NCBI GenBank assembly: GCA_947480055.1
Contig: CANKBX010000001.1
Span: 1-56,604, forward strand
DNA from: Planctomycetaceae bacterium
GTDB taxonomy: Bacteria; Planctomycetota; Phycisphaerae; Phycisphaerales; SM1A02
Direction of reading: 5' to 3'
DNA length: 56,604 bases
The notes under the pieces were generated by a model. The model was not told the DNA's origin. It did no database searches and was given only the letters and a program-made list of their open reading frames with translations. Below are positions 36,332-46,518 of the stretch, piece after piece. The first letter of the stretch is position 1. Each line of letters starts with the position of its first letter. The translations under genes and the position numbers were made by a program.

Positions 36332-37566
36332 TGTTTCACCAATTTCCTACTACGGGGTTCAAGAATATATTCACGACCGCCCCAACGAACTGGAGTGCGA
36401 TTGATCAAATCTTCCGCGGCGCCAAAGAAGCAGCGCGCGATTAAGAATCCGCCAAGCGGATGAAAGAACGCAGCCAACATTGGCGCGGCGCACAGTTTGT
36501 GGATCCATGCGGCGCAGGCCAAGAATGAAAGCGTTCCAAGGAGTCCCGTCCACATCACGGCGGACGCCAGTGGTTCAAGCGAGCCCCCATTCCATTGACC
36601 ACTCCAAGCTGCCCCCGCGATCAACGCCGCGAAACTACCCAGGGGCAAAAACGCGGCGCCCACGCCAACGATCAGTCCGCTGCGGCGCAAACGCGCCGGT
36701 TTTCGTTGCGAGCCTTCAATATAAATACGCTTCCAACCTTGCAGAAATTCGCTTAATTTCTCGTACATTTCCACCATAAGCATGCCGTCTGCCACGGCCA
36801 AGCCTCCGCGACCACCGCTGTCTTTTATGCGCCGAGAAAACGCGATGTCCTCTAGTAAATCGTCTTTCACCGCGGCGTGGCCGCCTAACTTGTCATAGGC
36901 CTCGCGCTCAAACAACATGAATTGTCCATTTGCGAAGTAGCGCGGATTCTGGGCGCGATTCACTTGCGCCACAGGAAACATGCGCATGAGTTCCATGACG
37001 GCCACGGGTTGAACCACGGCCTCAAACCAATGGCGAATGCGCGGCGTGCTCATCAGCGAAAGCAACTGCAATCCACGTTCGTTCAACATTCCCATGGAAG
37101 CGCGAATCAGTTGCGGCGAAAATTCAACATCAGCATCGGTGAACAACACGTAGGCGCCCTTGGCTTGCTCCGCGCCAACGCGGCCCGCGTTGCATTTGCC
37201 CGCCCAATCTTTTGGACAAGACTCATTGTCGATTAATTTCAGGCGCGCCTCACGCGCGGCGATTGGCTGCAAGTTGGCGCGCGTGGCGTCGGTGCATCGA
37301 TCCAACACCACGATCACTTCTATGTTTGTGTACGTGCTGCGCAAAATACTTTCAATGCAACCAGGCGCGTGTTTTTCCTCGTTGTGCGCTGGAATAACCA
37401 CGCTCACCAACGGCTCGCCCGGCGGCAAAGCGAAAGCCAACCCCTGCCCAATGCGGGGAATTCGGGGCAAATCCCGCGCAACTCGAATAGCCACGGTGAT
37501 CCACCAGAAGGCGCAACCACCCGCCATCACAAGCAACACCCAAAGAATCACAACGCGAAAATCCAT
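36328..37566 (-). CDS. Membrane-bound family 2 glycosyltransferase
   Basis: VSVVIPAHNEE and FTDADV motifs with C-terminal TM helices. The ATG at 37566 (MDFRVVILWVLLV) is preferred over the ORF-track start at 37644. ATGA overlap with the surE start. Confidence 0.8.
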   Translation of the reverse strand: MDFRVVILWVLLVMAGGCAFWWITVAIRVARDLPRIPRIGQGLAFALPPGEPLVSVVIPAHNEEKHAPGCIESILRSTYTNIEVIVVLDRCTDATRANLQPIAAREARLKLIDNESCPKDWAGKCNAGRVGAEQAKGAYVLFTDADVEFSPQLIRASMGMLNERGLQLLSLMSTPRIRHWFEAVVQPVAVMELMRMFPVAQVNRAQNPRYFANGQFMLFEREAYDKLGGHAAVKDDLLEDIAFSRRIKDSGGRGGLAVADGMLMVEMYEKLSEFLQGWKRIYIEGSQRKPARLRRSGLIVGVGAAFLPLGSFAALIAGAAWSGQWNGGSLEPLASAVMWTGLLGTLSFLACAAWIHKLCAAPMLAAFFHPLGGFLIARCFFGAAEDLINRTPVRWGGREYILEPRSRKLVKQ

Positions 37567-37630
37567 TTGGCAAGAGTAGTCGAAGTTCTCGCGTTTGCTC
37601 CGCCACAATTTCAGCCAAATCACAATCCAA

Positions 37631-39319
37631 ATGAACACCCGCATGCGCCTTCAACACTCTACTATCTCTCGCGTGTATCCAGTCCAACTCGCCAATCGAT
37701 ATCTCACCAGCCGCATCATTCCGCTGATCGCTGTTGCGGCGGTTGCTTTGTGCGTGGCGTTGGTGGTGATTGTTGTAAGTGTGATGAGCGGATTTCTTGA
37801 CATGCTGCGTGCCAGTGGCAGAACGCTCATGGGCGATGTTGTGATCAGCTGTCCCATTCGCGGAATTCCTTGGTACGAGCAACTCATTGACACCATTGAA
37901 AAACTTCCCGAAGCCCAGGCCGCCACGCCGCTGATTGACACCTACGGACTTGTGCGCATGCCGTATCCAGAGGGAAGCGAAAAAGAAGTTGTGACCGCGA
38001 ATGTGTGGGGAATTGAGCCGCAAGGCTTCAACCGCGTCACCGACTTTTCCAAGGCGCTCTATTGGAAACCACCCACGTCTCCTGAAGCTGCCGCGCTCAT
38101 GCTGCCCGATGATCCGCGCTTGAAACTGAACCAAAATATACTGAATGACGGCCTGGATTTAATGAAGAGCGCCACGGGAGAGCCCGGACTTGTGCTGGGC
38201 ATGCACGTCTCCATTGCCAATGAGCGCATGCGTGATGGCAGCTATCGCCCGCGCTATCAATGGTTCATGCCGCGCCAATCCGTCACGCTGACGTTGGTTC
38301 CAATCAGCGCCAAAGGAACAATTGCGGAGCCGCGCGAGCGCGTCTTTCCAGTGGTGAATGAATTTAAAAGTGGCGTGTATCAAATCGACAAGAACCGCGT
38401 GATGATTTCACTTTCCGAGGCGCAGAAATTATTGCGCATGGACGCGGGCACTTTGTACGACATGCAAGCGCCGCCGAACGCTGACGGAAGTTTGCCAGTG
38501 CTGGGAACAAGCCCCGCGAAAGTGCACAAGGTTTTGGTGCGCGCCAAGCCCGGCGTGACTCCAGATCAACTTCAAGCCGCCGTGTCCAGCGCCTATGAAA
38601 AATTCGCGTTCGATATTTCCCAAGATCCATCCAAAGCGGTGAAGGCGCCTCGCGTTGAATCCGTAACCATTCTGACTTGGGAGCAACACCTGCGCGACCT
38701 GATCGCCCCCGTTGAAAAAGAGCGGGAAATGATGCGTATTTTGTTCTCCATTGTGTATCTGGTGTGCGCCGGATTGGTGTTGAGCATCTTCTGGGCCATC
38801 GTGCAGGAGAAGACCCGCGATGTTGGAATTTTGCGCTCCGTGGGCGCAAGTCGGCTGGGCATTTTGTGGATCTTCTTGCAATATGGATTGGTGATCGGCG
38901 CCATTGGCGGACTCTTTGGTGTTGGACTTGGTTGGCTGGTGATTCACAACATTAATTTTATTCACGAGACCATTGGTCAAGACGCGCCCGCGTGGAGTTA
39001 CATCACGAGTTTCTTAATTGCACTGGTGAGTTTGGCCATGTGCGTGCGCGGCGCGATGACCGGGGTTTTATTAAGCACACTTTTGTGGTTGGTGCTTGGC
39101 ATCACGCTTGCAATCGTTGGCGCGGGTTTGATGCTGCACCGCGGCACATTGATTTGGGATCCAAGCGTCTATTACTTTGCAACAATTCCAGACCAAGTGG
39201 ATTGGTTCACCGCCATCAGCACTTGGTTTGGCGCGGTCATTTTCAGCGTGCTTGGCGCCAGCATTCCCGCCGCCAAAGCCGCGGACATTCATCCAGTCAG
39301 GGCGTTGCGCTATGAGTAA
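37631..39319 (+). CDS. ABC transporter permease, LolC/E (FtsX-like) family
   Basis: The ATG at 37631 precedes LANRYLTSRIIPLIAVAAVALCVALVVIV. It has a large periplasmic loop and a C-terminal FtsX-type 3-TM bundle. Confidence 0.8.
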   Translation: MNTRMRLQHSTISRVYPVQLANRYLTSRIIPLIAVAAVALCVALVVIVVSVMSGFLDMLRASGRTLMGDVVISCPIRGIPWYEQLIDTIEKLPEAQAATPLIDTYGLVRMPYPEGSEKEVVTANVWGIEPQGFNRVTDFSKALYWKPPTSPEAAALMLPDDPRLKLNQNILNDGLDLMKSATGEPGLVLGMHVSIANERMRDGSYRPRYQWFMPRQSVTLTLVPISAKGTIAEPRERVFPVVNEFKSGVYQIDKNRVMISLSEAQKLLRMDAGTLYDMQAPPNADGSLPVLGTSPAKVHKVLVRAKPGVTPDQLQAAVSSAYEKFAFDISQDPSKAVKAPRVESVTILTWEQHLRDLIAPVEKEREMMRILFSIVYLVCAGLVLSIFWAIVQEKTRDVGILRSVGASRLGILWIFLQYGLVIGAIGGLFGVGLGWLVIHNINFIHETIGQDAPAWSYITSFLIALVSLAMCVRGAMTGVLLSTLLWLVLGITLAIVGAGLMLHRGTLIWDPSVYYFATIPDQVDWFTAISTWFGAVIFSVLGASIPAAKAADIHPVRALRYE

Positions 39320-40007
39320 GTTTCTGCTTGAAGCCAAAAATTTACGCAAGACCTACACGCTTGGACACGTGAAAGTGCCCGTGCTTCGCGGCGCCAGTTT
39401 CACGCTGGCCCAAGGCGAGTGGGTTGCCATACTTGGCTCGTCTGGCAGCGGTAAAAGCACGCTTTTGCACTTGCTTGGTTTGCTTGACGAATGCGACGCG
39501 GATTCCGGCGGCGTGTGGTTTGATGGCGATCCAGTGGCCGACTTGAAGTTTTCCGCGCGCAACTCCTATCGAAATCAAAGCGTGGGATTTGTGTTCCAGT
39601 TTTATCACTTGCTTCCCGAACTTTCTGTCTTGGAGAACGCGCTTTTGCCCAACATGGTCAACGCCGGCATGAGTTGGTGGAGCAAGCGCGCGCAAGCGCA
39701 AAAGCAGGCCACCGAATTGCTCGACGCGTTTGGCTTGTCGCATCGGCTCACGCATCGACCTGCGGAACTTTCTGGTGGCGAGCGCCAACGCGTGGCCATC
39801 GCGCGCGCGCTGGCCAACCAACCACGCGTGCTTCTGGCCGATGAACCAACTGGAAATCTTGACACAAAAACCGGCGGCGAAATTCTTGACTTGATCGCCG
39901 CCAAGCATCGAAATGGATTGTCCATTGCAATGGTCACGCATGATCCAGCCGTTGCCGCGCGCGCCGACCGCGTTGTAAAATTGGTCGATGGCTGCGTGGC
40001 GGGCTAG
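39312..40007 (+). CDS. lolD: ABC transporter ATP-binding protein, LolD-like
   Basis: MSKFLLEAKNLRKTY start. Walker A GSSGSGKST, signature LSGGERQR, Walker B LLADEPTGNLD. 8-nt overlap with the permease gene. Confidence 0.9.
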   Translation: MSKFLLEAKNLRKTYTLGHVKVPVLRGASFTLAQGEWVAILGSSGSGKSTLLHLLGLLDECDADSGGVWFDGDPVADLKFSARNSYRNQSVGFVFQFYHLLPELSVLENALLPNMVNAGMSWWSKRAQAQKQATELLDAFGLSHRLTHRPAELSGGERQRVAIARALANQPRVLLADEPTGNLDTKTGGEILDLIAAKHRNGLSIAMVTHDPAVAARADRVVKLVDGCVAG

Positions 40008-40086
40008 CGCGCATTCACTTTGTGCCATGTTTTATTTTTACGCTCTGGCAGAAATTAAAGCGGCTGCTCGCCTGCGCAATTCAAAT

Positions 40087-41529
40087 TTAATCACGCGCTC
40101 GGTAGCGCACCTTCACTGCCTGCGCCAACTGCGCCGCGCTCCAGCCAAAACGCTTTTGCAGGGCTTCTTCCCAAGAAAGACCCGCTTTCACATCCTTCAC
40201 CCACTCTCCAAACCCTTGGCGATTTGTCTGCACCAAATAATCCACGGTGAGATAGCCAATCGCATATCCAATGGCGTCGGGACCGGGCCATGAACCATCC
40301 TCGTAATTCATTCGAAGCACATTCTGAACATCGTTGGTTCCACTTCGAATCCATTGCAACCCTTGTGGTTTGCGATCGCCTTTGGTGGTTGAATTTGGAA
40401 AACTTTCCGCGGCCACATATTCCGCGTAGCCCTCATCGGCCCACGAAGGAAGTCGCGAAGGCGAACCATATCGATGCATGAATCCATGCGACGCCTCATG
40501 CACCAAAGTTGCCATGAATCGATTCGCGTCGTCACTTTTATACGCGGTCACCACAACTTTAGGGCCGACCATGTGGCACAAACCAATCGCGCCAGGCGGC
40601 GGCATTGAATTGAAGGCCGCCATTTCTATGGCGCGGTAATGCGGCTCGGTGGCCGAAATAATCACCACCGCCTTGCCGTGAAAAATATTCAACCCCTCTG
40701 GAAGCGCGAACATTTGCGCGACAGTTTGATACATGTCGTCCATGCGACGCGCCAAATCTTTCGTCTCGTCAATTGGCAAATCAGCGTACACAACCCAGTA
40801 CTTCGCCTCCACCACTGAATAGCGCAAATTGACTTGCTTTAACCAGAGATCAGCGTCGGCCTTCATGTCTGTCAAGGCTTCCGCGCGTTGCGCATCGGTG
40901 GCCACGCTCCAAGGCTGCGCGCGGGGTGCGTCGGTGGCCACGCTTCCAGGCTGCGCGTGGGGCGCGTCGGGGACCACGCCTCCAGGCTGTGCGCGGGGCG
41001 CGTCGGGGACCACGCTCCCAGGCTGTGCGCGGGGCGCTGGATCTTTTTTCACGGCCGCGTCGGCGCCAACTACCTTGGCTTGAAAATCTTTTTCGGCGGC
41101 GATGCGCCGATCTTCAATAATCTTGCGGCGATGTTCGGCAACCTCCGCGCGCAATTTTTGAATTTCAGGATCAAGTTTTTGATCGCGCTTCATCGCGTCG
41201 CGCAGCGCGGCCTCGGCGAGTTTGTCGCCACCGTCCAATGCGAACAACATGCGCGCCAATTGGATGTACTGCGAGCCTTCCCTCCAATCCATCAACTTTT
41301 TGCACATGCGATTGGCATCGTCGGGTTTGAAACTTGTCCACGCCGCGTGCCCGAATGATCCATCCACCCCGGCGAAATCCCACTTGGAAATTGTGCCTTT
41401 GAGAGTCTCCCCCGTGATCAATTTCACCTTCCACGGAAGTGGTGGTTCCACCACGCCTTGGGCATGCGCCGAAGTCCATGAAATTGCGGCAAATGCCAAC
41501 AAAATTAAGAATTGTGCGAATCTGCTCAT
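40087..41529 (-). CDS. Secreted HExxH metalloprotease-like protein (DUF1570 / peptidase MA-like) with an internal 12-aa tandem repeat
   Basis: 480 aa. Signal peptide MSRFAQFLILLAFAAISWTSAHA. Contains a VHEASHGF zinc-binding-like motif. The repeat is DAPRAQPGSVVP, four copies. Confidence 0.6.
   Translation of the reverse strand: MSRFAQFLILLAFAAISWTSAHAQGVVEPPLPWKVKLITGETLKGTISKWDFAGVDGSFGHAAWTSFKPDDANRMCKKLMDWREGSQYIQLARMLFALDGGDKLAEAALRDAMKRDQKLDPEIQKLRAEVAEHRRKIIEDRRIAAEKDFQAKVVGADAAVKKDPAPRAQPGSVVPDAPRAQPGGVVPDAPHAQPGSVATDAPRAQPWSVATDAQRAEALTDMKADADLWLKQVNLRYSVVEAKYWVVYADLPIDETKDLARRMDDMYQTVAQMFALPEGLNIFHGKAVVIISATEPHYRAIEMAAFNSMPPPGAIGLCHMVGPKVVVTAYKSDDANRFMATLVHEASHGFMHRYGSPSRLPSWADEGYAEYVAAESFPNSTTKGDRKPQGLQWIRSGTNDVQNVLRMNYEDGSWPGPDAIGYAIGYLTVDYLVQTNRQGFGEWVKDVKAGLSWEEALQKRFGWSAAQLAQAVKVRYRARD
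40889..41036. repeat. In-frame 36-bp tandem repeat, four copies
   Basis: The unit is approximately GCGTCGGGGACCACGCYCCCAGGCTGYGCGCGGGGC. It encodes DAPRAQPG(S/G)V(V/A)(P/T). Confidence 0.85.
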
Positions 41530-41608
41530 CCACCACCAAAGTACTCGGCTACCATCACCGATGGAAGGTCAATTCCGCTTTTCTATAGACCATTTTTAGG
41601 AGACTTCG

Positions 41609-44137
41609 ATGTTTGAACGTTTGACGGATCGTGCTCGCAAAGTGATGGCTCTCGCAAATCAAGAGGCCCAGCGCTTCAACCATGAATACATCGGCACTGA
41701 ACACATTCTTCTTGGCCTTGTCAAAGAAGGTTCGGGTGTTGGCGCCAATGTGTTAAAAAATCTTGGCATTGATCTGCGCAAGGTTCGCCTTGAAGTTGAG
41801 AAGTTGGTCAAGAGTGGTCCCGAGATGGTGACCATGGGCAAGCTTCCGCAAACTCCGCGCGCCAAGAAAGTGATCGAGTACGCGATTGAGGAAGCGCGCA
41901 ATCTGAACCATAATTATGTCGGCACGGAGCATCTGCTGCTTGGTCTGCTGCGCGAACAAGATGGCGTGGCCGCGCAAGTGCTGTTGAACCTTGGCATGAA
42001 ACTGGAGGAAGTCCGCGAAGAAGTGCTGAATTTGCTTGGGGCAGGCGGCGAGAGCGAGCAGGAAAATCCACAACAAGCCGAGGCCGCTGCGGAACCTGGT
42101 TCCGGTGACGCGCCCGCGGCGACTGGTCGCCGTGGCAAGAGCAAGACTCCCGCTTTGGATTCATTCGGCCGCGATCTCACCGAGCTCGCGCGCGCTGGCG
42201 AACTTGATCCGGTCATCGGCCGCTTCAGTGAAATTGAAAGATTGGTTCAAGTATTGTGCCGACGCACCAAGAACAATCCCGTTCTTCTTGGAGAAGCTGG
42301 CGTTGGCAAGACCGCGATTGTTGAAGGTCTTGCGCAACAAATTATTTCACAAGAAGTTCCAGATCTTTTGCATGACAAGCGCCTTGTTGTGCTTGACTTG
42401 GCGATGATGGTGGCTGGAACCAAGTACCGCGGCCAATTTGAGGAGCGCATCAAGGCCGTCATGAACGAAGTGCGACGCGCCAAGAACATTATTTTGTTCA
42501 TTGACGAGTTGCACACGCTTGTTGGAGCGGGCGGCGCCGAGGGCGCCATCGACGCCAGCAATGTGCTGAAGCCCGCGCTTTCTCGCGGCGAAATCCAGTG
42601 CATTGGCGCGACCACATTCGATGAATATCGCAAATACATCGAGAAAGACGCGGCTTTGGAGCGCCGCTTCCAGTCGATCGCCGTGGAGCCGCCAGGACCG
42701 GAACAGGCCTACGAAATTCTCAAGGGCTTGCAGGAAAAATACGCCACGCATCACCGCGTGGTCTACACCGATCAAGCCCTGCGCGCCGCCGTTGAATTGT
42801 CGGGCCGCTACATTCCTGGCCGCGTTCAACCAGACAAAAGCATCGACGTTATTGACGAAGCCGGCGCGCGTCTGCGCTTGAAGACCATGGCCAAGCCGCC
42901 TGATCTTGCGGATCTAGAAACTCGCATCGAGCGCTTGAGCATTGATAAGGATGACGCCGTAAAGAACGCGGACTATGAAAAAGCCGCGGACTTGCGTGAT
43001 CAAGCCGAGAAACTTCGCAAGGAAAAAGAGAAGTTGCAACAAGGCTGGCGCGATCGCATGAACGAGACCACGGGAACCGTGGACGAGGAAATGATCGCGG
43101 AAGTTGTGAGCAAGATGACGGGTGTTCCATTGACGCGTTTGGCCAAGGAAGAAAGCAAGCGATTGCTTCAACTGGAGTCTGAGCTTCACAAGACCGTCGT
43201 TGGTCAAGAGGAAGCCGTCAAGACCGTGGCCCGCGCCATTCGCAAGAGTCGCTCTGGTTTGAAAGATCCAAAGCGCCCAATGGGTTCGTTCTTGTTTCTT
43301 GGTCCAACCGGCGTTGGAAAAACGTTGTTGGCCAAAGCCATCGCCGACTTTATGTTTGGCGATCAAGACGCGCTGTACACCTTGGATATGAGCGAATACA
43401 TGGAGAAACACAACGTTTCTCGCTTGATTGGCGCGCCTCCAGGCTATGTGGGCTTTGAAGAAGGCGGTCAACTTACGGAGCGCATTCGCCGCCGTCCATA
43501 CGCGGTTGTGTTGCTTGACGAAGTTGAGAAGGCGCATCCCGATGTGTTCAACATGCTTCTGCAAATCATGGAGGAAGGCCGCCTCACGGATTCATTCGGT
43601 CGCCATGTTGACTTCCGCAATTGCATCATCATCATGACCAGCAATCTGGGCGCCGATGTGATCAAGGGTGGTTCCGCGTTTGGTTTCACCAAGCGCGCCG
43701 AAGTGCAGGACTATGAGAAGATGAAGAAGTCGCTCTCCAGCGAAGTGGAGCGCTTCTTCCGACCCGAGTTTGTGAATCGTTTGGATGACATGATCGTGTT
43801 CCGTCCGCTCATCAAGGACGACTTGAATCAAATTATTGAGTTTGAGTTGAGCAAGTTGCGCAAGCGTCTCACCGAAAAGGGAATGGCTCTTGAGATTGAT
43901 CAGAAGGCCAAGGACTTCTTGATTGACAAGGGCTACAACCCAGACTTTGGCGCGCGTCCATTGCGTCGATCTTTGTCGCAATTTGTTGAGGATCCGCTCG
44001 CGGAGAATCTGCTCAGCGGAGAGTTCGCCGCAGGCGATGTGATTTTTGTCACCCGTGAGGGCGAGAAGGAGCACTTGGCATTCAGGGCGCAAAAGCCAGC
44101 GGAAGTTCCGCCACCGGCCACGCCAACCGCCGCGTAA
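41609..44137 (+). CDS. clpC: ATP-dependent Clp protease ATP-binding subunit ClpC
   Basis: 842 aa. It has Clp_N repeats, Walker A motifs GEAGVGKTA and GPTGVGKT, and a UVR-type middle motif. AGGAG lies 6 nt upstream of the start. Confidence 0.95.
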   Translation: MFERLTDRARKVMALANQEAQRFNHEYIGTEHILLGLVKEGSGVGANVLKNLGIDLRKVRLEVEKLVKSGPEMVTMGKLPQTPRAKKVIEYAIEEARNLNHNYVGTEHLLLGLLREQDGVAAQVLLNLGMKLEEVREEVLNLLGAGGESEQENPQQAEAAAEPGSGDAPAATGRRGKSKTPALDSFGRDLTELARAGELDPVIGRFSEIERLVQVLCRRTKNNPVLLGEAGVGKTAIVEGLAQQIISQEVPDLLHDKRLVVLDLAMMVAGTKYRGQFEERIKAVMNEVRRAKNIILFIDELHTLVGAGGAEGAIDASNVLKPALSRGEIQCIGATTFDEYRKYIEKDAALERRFQSIAVEPPGPEQAYEILKGLQEKYATHHRVVYTDQALRAAVELSGRYIPGRVQPDKSIDVIDEAGARLRLKTMAKPPDLADLETRIERLSIDKDDAVKNADYEKAADLRDQAEKLRKEKEKLQQGWRDRMNETTGTVDEEMIAEVVSKMTGVPLTRLAKEESKRLLQLESELHKTVVGQEEAVKTVARAIRKSRSGLKDPKRPMGSFLFLGPTGVGKTLLAKAIADFMFGDQDALYTLDMSEYMEKHNVSRLIGAPPGYVGFEEGGQLTERIRRRPYAVVLLDEVEKAHPDVFNMLLQIMEEGRLTDSFGRHVDFRNCIIIMTSNLGADVIKGGSAFGFTKRAEVQDYEKMKKSLSSEVERFFRPEFVNRLDDMIVFRPLIKDDLNQIIEFELSKLRKRLTEKGMALEIDQKAKDFLIDKGYNPDFGARPLRRSLSQFVEDPLAENLLSGEFAAGDVIFVTREGEKEHLAFRAQKPAEVPPPATPTAA

Positions 44138-44161
44138 ATCACTGTATTTCCTGCCATTTTC

Positions 44162-44198
44162 AACCGCGCTTCCTTCAAACGAAGCGCGGTTTTTCTTT
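44162..44198 (+). terminator. Rho-independent terminator downstream of clpC
   Basis: Stem AACCGCGCTTC (44162-44172) / GAAGCGCGGTT (44181-44191) with an 8-nt loop, followed by TTTTTCTTT. Confidence 0.8.
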
Positions 44199-44851
44199 CA
44201 GCGAATGCCCACGAGTTTCATGCCTGTCGGAGTGGATTCAAAATCAATCACGGTGAATTTGTAACTTCTTCGAAGCGTGGAATCAAGCTCGGCGGTCATG
44301 TGCGAGTCGTCTGTTTTTTGCAGCGCGACATGTCCATTTTTTAAATTGATCCGCATGCAATTCAGCGTCGCCATAACCTCCTTGCGATTGTTTGTGAAAA
44401 ATGTTTTGAAATATTTAATTCCCCCGCGGCTTTCAAGATCCCTCTTGGCGCCCGTGGAGAGCAATTGATTCCAAATCAAGTCATACTCCTCGTTTCGCAC
44501 GCACTCCGTGAGATGATCCACGACTTGCTCAGGAAATGTCGCGCGCAAAATCACCTCCCCGCTGGCTTTCTTCTCGCGCAAATCCACGGGTGGTTTTTCT
44601 AGATCGGGCGTGGAAGATCCGTCGGTGCCACTGGACGTATGTTCATTGATCTTCTCACGTCGCTTGGACGAATAGACAACTTTGGTGCCATCGGCCTTCA
44701 CAAATGTTTCGTCCACGGGTCGACCGATCGCGTCCGCCTCGGCCTGTGAGCGATAGTGGTACTCGGTTCTTTCCTCGGCGCACCCAAACAGAAATACAGC
44801 GACGCTCGAGTTGATAAAAATCAATAAAAACAAGCCAAATTTCATGTTCAT
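44198..44851 (-). CDS. Hypothetical lipoprotein
   Basis: The ATG at 44851 overlaps the nadB stop (ATGA). MNMKFGLFLLIFINSSVAVFLFGC is a signal peptide with a lipobox. I recognise no family. Confidence 0.65.
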   Translation of the reverse strand: MNMKFGLFLLIFINSSVAVFLFGCAEERTEYHYRSQAEADAIGRPVDETFVKADGTKVVYSSKRREKINEHTSSGTDGSSTPDLEKPPVDLREKKASGEVILRATFPEQVVDHLTECVRNEEYDLIWNQLLSTGAKRDLESRGGIKYFKTFFTNNRKEVMATLNCMRINLKNGHVALQKTDDSHMTAELDSTLRRSYKFTVIDFESTPTGMKLVGIR

Positions 44852-46518
44852 ACTTCGCTGGACAGGGTCGGCGCAAATGCTCCGCGCGCCTTCCAATCAA
44901 AGTCCTCACGGTTGATGTTCCACATGAAATGACCCTCAAGTTCGGGATCGATCAATGGTCGATCAAGCCGCGTATGCGTTCCGCGGCTTTCGTTGCGCGA
45001 CAACGCCGCAAGCACCATCAAGCGCGCGCTGGTGAGCATGTTCTGAGTTTCCCATCCCATTGGATCCTCAAAGACGCAATCAAACGCGTAGCGACCCCAG
45101 AAGGAAAACATTTCAAGCATGTCGCTTAATTTAGCGGAGCTTCTTTCAATGCCAACATTGCGCCACATGGCGCTGCGCAAACTACTGCGCACATCGGCCA
45201 AGTCCAACTCGCCGCGCTCGGGCCGCTCCACTTCATGATTCAAGGGCACGGGCGTGGCTGCGGGAAGCGAATCAATTTCAATCGCTTGCGCCACGCGCCG
45301 ACCAAACACCAAGCCCTCCAACAAACTATTGCTGGCCAATCGATTGGCGCCATGAACGCCCGTGGCCGCGCATTCACCACACGCGTACAACCCGGTGATA
45401 TTCGAGCGTCCAAACAAATCGGTGTGCACGCCGCCAATCGAATAATGCGCGGCTGGATGAACCGGAATTAAATTTCGACCCGCGTCCAGGCCAAATCCCT
45501 GCAACATGCGCGAAAGCCCTGGAAAACGCTTGGAAAACCCAGCAGAGCCCATGGTCCGAGCGTCCAGCCACACATGGGATTCCCCGCTCTTGGCCAAATG
45601 CCGCACGATGGCGCGGCTGACCACGTCGCGCGGCGCAAGATCCGCGAGCTCATGCAAATGACGCATGATCGACTCGCCATCGCGATCCACCAGTTTCGCT
45701 CCCTCGCCGCGCACAGCTTCGCTGATCAAGTGCCGCGGCGCGCCCGCGACATACAGCGTGGTGGGATGAAATTGCATGAACTCCAAATCAGTCAGGTTGG
45801 CGCCCGCGCGCCACGCCATGGATACTCCATCACCCGTGGCAACTTTTGGATTGCTGGTTTCGCGGAAAATTTGTCCGCAGCCACCGCTGGCCAACACCGT
45901 GGCCTTAGCCCAAATAATTTGTAAGCCATGCTTGGGATGCCATGTCAACACGCCCGCCGCGCGGCGCGCGCCTTTGCGTTGATCCACCAAAATATCAATG
46001 GCGAAACATCGATCAAACATGCGCACTCGCCGCTGCAGGCGAACTTTCTCCACAAGACATCTCGCCAGTTCAACACCCGTCGCGTCGCCATCGCTATGAA
46101 TAATTCTGTGGCAATGATGTCCACCTTCAAGGCCAAGCGCGGGCTCGCCACTTTGATCGCGGTCCACTCGCATTCCCCAAGCTAGAAGTTGCCGAATTTC
46201 ATCCGGGCCCTCTTGCACCAATGCGCGCACCGCGTCGAGTTCGCACAAGCCAACGCCAGCCTCAAGAGTGTCTTGAATATGGGCGTTTACGCTATCTTTT
46301 GCATTTATCACGGCGGCAATTCCGCCTTGGGCCCACGAAGTGTTTGAAAGATCAATCGACTCCTTGGCCAACACGATCACATCGTGGCGTTGCGAAGCTT
46401 CGATGGCGGCGCGCAATCCAGCCACGCCAGTGCCCACGATCACAACGTCGGTAAAAATTTGCGGCAGTAACGCCGAGCGAAATGGAATCAACATTTCTCG
46501 TTCGTGATACGAATTCAT
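44848..46518 (-). CDS. nadB: L-aspartate oxidase
   Basis: 556 aa. FAD motif VVIVGTGVAGLRAA, plus HPTT, RHLISEAVRGEGA and GLYACGE. Confidence 0.95.
   Translation of the reverse strand: MNSYHEREMLIPFRSALLPQIFTDVVIVGTGVAGLRAAIEASQRHDVIVLAKESIDLSNTSWAQGGIAAVINAKDSVNAHIQDTLEAGVGLCELDAVRALVQEGPDEIRQLLAWGMRVDRDQSGEPALGLEGGHHCHRIIHSDGDATGVELARCLVEKVRLQRRVRMFDRCFAIDILVDQRKGARRAAGVLTWHPKHGLQIIWAKATVLASGGCGQIFRETSNPKVATGDGVSMAWRAGANLTDLEFMQFHPTTLYVAGAPRHLISEAVRGEGAKLVDRDGESIMRHLHELADLAPRDVVSRAIVRHLAKSGESHVWLDARTMGSAGFSKRFPGLSRMLQGFGLDAGRNLIPVHPAAHYSIGGVHTDLFGRSNITGLYACGECAATGVHGANRLASNSLLEGLVFGRRVAQAIEIDSLPAATPVPLNHEVERPERGELDLADVRSSLRSAMWRNVGIERSSAKLSDMLEMFSFWGRYAFDCVFEDPMGWETQNMLTSARLMVLAALSRNESRGTHTRLDRPLIDPELEGHFMWNINREDFDWKARGAFAPTLSSEV

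Noticed and set aside
37352-38134. A 260-aa minus-strand ORF spanning the GT2/lolE divergent junction. The 228-aa ORF at 39342-40028 opposite lolD was considered with it.
   Set aside because: Both overlap well-supported genes on the other strand (one also overlaps the GT2 gene out of frame), and neither has motifs.
41567-41573. GGTCAAT upstream of clpC, considered as a possible CtsR operator.
   Set aside because: Only a single imperfect heptad is present, whereas CtsR sites are tandem GGTCAAA heptads. No ctsR gene is seen.
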